From: an uncultured Gammaproteobacteria bacterium
GTDB lineage: Bacteria > Patescibacteriota > Microgenomatia > Daviesbacterales > UBA10151
DNA length: 64,000 bases
Assembly (NCBI GenBank): GCA_964625535.1
Contig: CAZVEX010000001.1
Location: forward strand, 295-64,294
Direction: 5' to 3'
Numbering within the stretch: the first letter of the stretch is position 1; each line of letters begins with the position of its first letter. The translations under genes and the position numbers were made by a program. Positions 62,527-64,000 of this stretch are shown here, in pieces. The notes below the pieces were generated by a model that saw nothing but the letters and a program-made list of their open reading frames with translations, ran no database searches and was not told the origin of the DNA.

Positions 62527-64000
62527 AATTCCTCCTGTTGAGTGTTATTTTTCTTTCAATTCTGCTTTTTTCAAAGACTGCGTTGGCTCAAGAAAGTAAT
62601 TTAAGCAACAACCAATTTGTTACCATTGTTAATCCTTTCAGAATTTCTTCTTATACTAGGGATCCAAAAGCCGCACTTTTAGCGCAGTATAAACAAGTTA
62701 AGATAAGAAATCTGCCGGCAACCTGGCTTTTGACATACGATGTTCTGATAAATCCCGATACACATGCTGATATTTTGGAGTTTGACAGTTTGCAGGAGGT
62801 TGGGGTTTTTCTGGAAGTCACGCCGAAATTCGCTAGCGCATCAGGAGTTTTGTATAACAAGACAGATTCCTGGCATAGGGCGCATACGGTTTTTCTCTCG
62901 GGGTACACCCAAGAGGACAGGATAAAATTGATAGATAAAATCTTTGAAGAATTCAAAAAAATCTTTGGGTTTTACCCCAAGTCAGTCGGAGGGTGGTGGG
63001 TTGATAGCTTCTCCCTTGATTATATGAAGAAAAAATATGATATATCGGCCAATTTAACAGTGGCAGATCAATTTGCCACCGATGGTTACAAACTTTGGGG
63101 ACAATACTGGTCAACTCCGTTTTATCCCAGTAAATATCATGCCGGAATACCCGCAAGGACAGTTGAAAATAAGCTGGATCTGGTGACTATTCAGTGGGCA
63201 GCCAGAGATCCTTTAAACGGTTACGGTAAGGCAGGGGAGAGCACTTTTAGCACCCAAGATTATTTTACCAGAAATCTATCTGATGACTATTTTGAAAAAC
63301 TGGTTGATTTATATACAAAACAAAACGGAAATATGTTTGGACAAATTACCATTGGGTTGGAAGGTGATTTTACTCCGGAAGTTTATGGTGGCAACTTTAG
63401 CAGGCAACTTGATATTGTCAAGAAAAAGCAGGATGAAGGGCAAATTAAGGTTTTGACAATGAAAGATTTCAGCCTCCGGTACAGAAGTATGTTTACAAAG
63501 CTGTCTCCTGCGCATATTATTCAAACGGATGATTTGTTAGGAAAAAAGATCAAAACCTTTTGGTTTCAGTCGCCTGTTTACAGAATTAACATAACTTATG
63601 ACTATGAATCGAATAAAACTTATGTTAACGACTTCAGAAGTTACCACGGCGATTTTGAGGAGCCTTATTATTTTTCCCCTAATAGAGATTTGAATTTACA
63701 AATAAATATTCCTTCGATAATTGATTCTGCTGGCAATCCAGAGGATGGTTGGTTAATTGTGGATACTAAACTTAAATCAGTTGACATAAGAGATAACAAA
63801 CTTTTCCTTAATTTTGACAAAGCACAAATACAACTGGAGGAGGGAAAAATTAATATTTCCGGTAAGATTAACTCTTTACCACAAAGGGTTGCCCGCTCTC
63901 CTTATCTGCAAGTGGTAAAAAAGTGGGGGAAAATAGAGCTTGAGCCAAAAATTAAATGGCCGTATCCGGAGGAAGGCTTTAAATTTAGAGATTTAACTCA
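62523..64000 (+). CDS. secreted protein, 3'-partial, carrying the same ~450-aa extracytoplasmic domain as the N-terminus of 38997..42413
   Basis: Not in the ORF track because it runs off the window. Translated by hand as MKFLLLSVIFLSILLFSKTALAQESN...GGWWVDSFSLDYMKKKYDISANLTVADQFATDGYKLWGQYWSTPFYPS...IQWAARDPLNGYG...KVLTMKDFSLRY. There are no stops to position 64000. Confidence 0.7.
   Translation, partial: MKFLLLSVIFLSILLFSKTALAQESNLSNNQFVTIVNPFRISSYTRDPKAALLAQYKQVKIRNLPATWLLTYDVLINPDTHADILEFDSLQEVGVFLEVTPKFASASGVLYNKTDSWHRAHTVFLSGYTQEDRIKLIDKIFEEFKKIFGFYPKSVGGWWVDSFSLDYMKKKYDISANLTVADQFATDGYKLWGQYWSTPFYPSKYHAGIPARTVENKLDLVTIQWAARDPLNGYGKAGESTFSTQDYFTRNLSDDYFEKLVDLYTKQNGNMFGQITIGLEGDFTPEVYGGNFSRQLDIVKKKQDEGQIKVLTMKDFSLRYRSMFTKLSPAHIIQTDDLLGKKIKTFWFQSPVYRINITYDYESNKTYVNDFRSYHGDFEEPYYFSPNRDLNLQINIPSIIDSAGNPEDGWLIVDTKLKSVDIRDNKLFLNFDKAQIQLEEGKINISGKINSLPQRVARSPYLQVVKKWGKIELEPKIKWPYPEEGFKFRDLT

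Noticed and set aside
1358-63524. Numerous 60-140-aa ORFs in the six-frame track on the strand opposite to, or out of frame with, well-supported genes. Examples are 1358..1588(-), 3868..4167(-), 7005..7340(+), 9440..9853(-), 17239..17517(-), 20150..20488(+) and 62651..62956(-).
   Set aside because: They lie wholly inside strongly supported CDSs, have low-complexity or unlikely composition, and lack start-site signals. They were treated as frame shadows.
1-64000. Searched for CRISPR arrays, direct-repeat arrays, transposase or integrase genes, phage genes and toxin-antitoxin pairs.
   Set aside because: No periodic repeats were found and no ORF has transposase, integrase or recombinase motifs. 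The tandem gene paralogs are ancient duplications diverged at the protein level, not recent DNA repeats.

Overview
This 64 kb window looks like a compact, low-GC (~35-40%) bacterial genome segment using standard code 11: TGA is used as a stop, and release factor 2 is present with no programmed frameshift. Genes abut or overlap by 1-38 bp, including overlaps at convergent 3' ends. Class I lysyl-tRNA synthetase and many GT39-like enzymes would fit an uncultivated Patescibacteria/CPR-type lineage, but that is inference. No rRNA, tRNA, CRISPR, transposase or integrase was found.

Content falls into three blocks.

(i) 1-10.1 kb, housekeeping: a 5'-truncated hypothetical, a divergent HisG-like protein, class I LysRS, an HD hydrolase, SerRS, a small membrane protein, a GC-rich proline-rich membrane protein on the opposite strand, SecA and NAD(P)HX dehydratase.

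(ii) 10.1-23.7 kb, mixed. Three GT-C membrane glycosyltransferases, a CofE-like ligase and a GalE-like epimerase flank a minus-strand cell-division operon. Its gene order is hypothetical protein, prfB, membrane protein, ftsE, ftsX, coiled-coil M23 peptidase, fibronectin-III surface protein, tsaE. A miniature TsaB-like gene and a CAP-domain gene follow on the plus strand.

(iii) 23.7-64 kb, one uninterrupted plus-strand glycosylation island with a single minus-strand gene. It contains rfbA/B/C and gmd, four DPM1/ArnC-like GT2 polyprenol-phosphate-sugar synthases (one fused to GtrA, one fused to a GT-C domain), three WaaE-like GT2s and two GT4s. It also holds two Wzx-like flippases and about 15 GT-C-fold polytopic membrane proteins, including five tandem or near-tandem GT39/PMT-like paralogs and two YfhO-like proteins. 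A 1138-aa fusion joins a secreted domain of unknown function to a GT-C-like membrane domain; both parts have stand-alone paralogs nearby.

Features worth a second look:
- the M23 peptidase domain appears circularly permuted;
- operon-leading genes carry TGnTATAAT-type -10 boxes 5-10 nt before the ATG, implying leaderless mRNAs;
- palindromic operator-like sites overlap two promoters;
- the island has no initiating phosphoglycosyltransferase, Wzy, Wzz or ABC exporter, pointing to a GT-C-driven, lipid-phosphate-sugar-dependent extracytoplasmic glycan or protein-glycosylation system.
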